From the NCBI GenBank assembly GCA_051362555.1, contig CM120643.1, positions 3,472,001 to 3,536,000 of the forward strand: DNA of 64,000 nt, written 5' to 3'. The translations under genes were made by a program, and so were the position numbers. The notes under the pieces are model-generated. The model made no database searches. It was not told the DNA's origin and saw only the letters and a list, made by a program, of their open reading frames with translations. Of this stretch, positions 61,101 through 64,000 are shown piece after piece (position 1 is the first letter of the stretch; every line of letters begins with the position of its first letter). The stretch comes from Lingula anatina (lineage: Eukaryota; Animalia; Brachiopoda).

Positions 61101-61831
61101 GCATATTCATTTATCTATGAGAATAGCACTCATCAAATGAACAGAACTTAATAATGTTTGACTGCTGTTTGGTGTTGTGTGCGATCATCAGCATGGCAAC
61201 ATGGAGTAAGTTGTAGGGTCATGAATGCGTTCCCGCGTGCGAGGAGAACGCTTACATGAGATCGTATGCACTTTGAATTTCAATACTGTTACATTTTGGC
61301 TCACTCATAAGACAAATACTTCAATGTCAACTTTGAACGATGGCTGTAAAGTACATCGCGACAAATCTTCAACTTTCTCTTTTAACTCTGGGCAAAAAAC
61401 CCGAAATTCCATGTTCTTTTTTAAAATCAAAACGATTGATATTGAGCGACACTTTTCAAAGTGCATAAAATCTTCCACAGATTTAGTTGTAGATAGTTGT
61501 TTTTAAGATTGATTTACATCTCGAAATGCTAAGTCGTTATGAAAATTACTGTATGGCGCAATTGCTTGTATTTCTTTTAATAAACGTACATGAAAGTTGT
61601 AATAGATGTAGTTTCAAAATGTGCAAAAATGCCGCTTGCTCATTCTTTCCTTCAGCTCGACTCGAACCTTTGGTTATCAACTTAGTCGTCGTCTTCTCTT
61701 TCTTGATCTGTCGCCTTACCTACTGAGATACTGTCTCAGCTTGATTTTCCTCATTCATATGATTCTCTTGTAGTAGTTCAAATAGTTTCTTTGGGTTTAT
61801 TTTTGCAAAAGGTAATTTGCAGGGACCTAGA

Positions 61832-61902
61832 AGCGCCAGGAATCGAACTGGGGACCTTCTGTCTCAGAGACAAGCGCGTTACCTACTTCTCTAAGTGTTC
61901 CC
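61832..61902 (-). other. tRNA-derived sequence (SINE head or tRNA pseudogene)
   Basis: Minus strand gggaacacttagagaagtaggtaacgcgcttgtctctgagacagaaggtccccagttcgattcctggcgct has A-box- and B-box-like motifs, but the acceptor stem pairs poorly. Confidence 0.6.
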
Positions 61903-61983
61903 ACCCACCCACCCTCCCCGGGTAGACTTTCTTCTTATAGTAACCAAAGAAAATTTCTAATAGCACCTCATTGTGATTCCAAA

Positions 61984-62038
61984 GTGCCCGAGCCAGGAAT
62001 CGAACCCCAACCCCACGCTACCACTGAGCAATATAGCC
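61984..62038 (-). other. Second tRNA-derived fragment lacking the anticodon arm
   Basis: Minus strand ggctatattgctcagtggtagcgtggggttggggttcgattcctggctcgggcac: an A box and a B box juxtaposed. Confidence 0.55.
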
Positions 62039-62395
62039 ATCAGTAAAAACGCTAAGACATTTTGTATATTCAATAAGTTTTTTTATTAAGAGCAATAAGC
62101 AATACAAATTGCTTTTATGTATTCAATTATTTATAAAACATATATCTGTAAAATATCATCGTCTTCAGTCTTTTTATTACTTCAAGTTAAAAAGCGTTTA
62201 GTATCTTAAAGAATATTATGATATTATAGTATAATATTGATGTCTGCATTTAAATTCACTTACAGGTGTAAAAATATAACATTCATATATATTCGACTTG
62301 ACGAATAAACTATCTACCACATTAATGGTCTTATGTTTGTTCTTAATGACAAAAACAATATATTTCAACTTCTTCATTGAAATTAAAAAAAAAAA

Positions 62396-62531
62396 CAATG
62401 GTGGATCTAGTCTCCGCCCTCCCCGAGGAGAGAGACCCATTCTGGACTCACATGATCAAGTTCTCAAAATACTCCATCTCATCCTAAATGTCAACATCTG
62501 ACCCCTTTAAAATGTCCTGGATCCGCCATTG
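62396..62531. mobile_element. Small hAT-like MITE
   Basis: Imperfect TIR caatggtggatctag / ctggatccgccattg. No TSD visible. Confidence 0.5.
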
Positions 62532-62653
62532 TTTTTCTCTATATAACAATGAAAATTATGAGCTATTTATTAAATGTTATGTTTAGAATAGCACGCTTTT
62601 TAAGTCGGACACGTATCGTTAGGAAGACAAAACGGACGTACTTTCGTTGTTAA

Positions 62654-62876
62654 AACCCCCTTTACACTGGACAGCGTCTTTTCTGCGTCCTTTGTGCGAC
62701 CATGAAACTGGCATCGCTGTGGTCGTAGAAAGGACGGACAAGCATCACTTTGGTTGCAGAATGAATACTCAATGACAACTCGGCCAGTTGTCGGCACGTA
62801 AAGTCTTTCTTTTTCACTATCGAACAGGGCCGTACTACGGGACGCAGAAAGGACGCCGTCCAGTGTAGAGGGGGCT
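62654..62876. mobile_element. PIF/Harbinger-type MITE with TAA TSD
   Basis: TIR aaccccctttacactggacagcgtc / gacgccgtccagtgtagagggggct. taa at 62651-62653 and 62877-62879. CpGs are retained. Confidence 0.8.
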
Positions 62877-63035
62877 TAAGCAAAAAAAGTGTCAAAATAC
62901 GTAAAAAACAAATACAGTGTTTACCCAGCTTTTGACAAAATTGAAATAGTAATGAACATTAGATTATAAAAGAAATATGAAATTGAAAATAAATCCTTAC
63001 AAAAACTATTTAGAAAACAAACTACATGTTCACAT

Positions 63036-63194
63036 ATGAAATCTGGGTTAAAATCCAAGGGACAGATCACGATATTTCTCATATTTCCTACATCCATTTT
63101 CAATTAGATAACATACTACATTTACATGAAATCTGGGTTAAAATCCAAGGAACAGATCATGACATTTCTCATATTTCCTACATCCATTTTCAAT
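63036..63194. repeat. Tandem duplication with 90-bp period
   Basis: atgaaatctgggttaaaatccaagg.acagatca.ga.atttctcatatttcctacatccattttcaat at 63036 and 63126. Confidence 0.9.
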
Positions 63195-64000
63195 GTCAAA
63201 AATCTTGTAAGAAATGTTTTCAACCTTATGAACATAAAATGTTCTAAATACGAGAAAATATCCCTAACTTCTGTATCATCTGGTCAATAGAAGGAAAGGT
63301 GCTGGTTAAAAAGAATTGCCGAAAACAGTTAAATTTGGAAAATAAAACAATTTTCAATCACATAAATGGTCCCATCATCTCTACCCAGAACCTGTATTTG
63401 TTCAACAGATTAATGGCAAAAATATCAGTAATTTTTCATGATAAAACGTGTTATATTTAACAGTGAAAGAACTATGTTCAGAGATAAGTAAAACACGAAA
63501 GTAGTTTCTTTTCCATCACATGAATGGTATTTTCATGTACAAAATCAGTTTTTCAAGAAGGGATTTTTCTCAAATGGAAATGAAATTTCTTAATTCTACA
63601 TACTTCACTTTTGACACAAAATAATCGATCTTGATTCGTAAAATGACATCTCTTACTCAACAAGACAGCAAATTTCAAGAGACGATAATCCTTTTTCTCA
63701 TCTGAACATTAAAAGAAAGGCACACAATGAGTATAAGTCGTTTCGTTTTTGATTTCAGTACATTAGAGAATGAGACTGAAGAATATACTCACACCGGTAA
63801 AAACAGAAATTAAGAAATAAACACTTGGCTTGTAGAATTTAACAGCGGTTTCGATTTCGATACCCAATATTACATAATTCTGAATATTGTAGAAAAACAT
63901 GTTACTTTAAACCTAAGATCTAATAAACGGATATATTAGATCTTAGTTTAAACCGACATTAACTTTGTGTATTTTTGCGTACTTAATTCCTACTGAACTA

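Overview
This is AT-rich, intron-containing animal DNA, probably from a marine invertebrate (inferred from the repeat families; the taxon cannot be confirmed). It has no prokaryotic operons, rRNA or CRISPR array, and most of the window is a graveyard of nested transposons and tandem repeats. The only near-intact long coding element is a 3.2-kb RTE-clade LINE with both ends and a target-site duplication (23711-26921, minus strand; one nonsense codon and one frameshift). The most interesting host-like sequence is a multi-exon minus-strand gene or pseudogene (~3750-7318), missed by the ORF track. It encodes an N-terminal CBM20 (starch/glycogen-binding)-like domain followed by seven short, frame-preserving phase-1 exons; six of these form a tandemly duplicated three-exon module coding an acidic, Thr/Val-rich repeat. 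The window also has a 4.6-kb higher-order satellite, a three-level nested insertion with an empty-site paralog, a protein-kinase pseudo-exon and an intact OB-fold exon. Decayed coding remnants are Gypsy, Kolobok/Mutator-like, P-like, EnSpm (plus accessory gene), DUF6729-like, hAT, Ulp1-protease and XPG/PIN-like nuclease. All family assignments come from motif recognition by eye, not from database searches.
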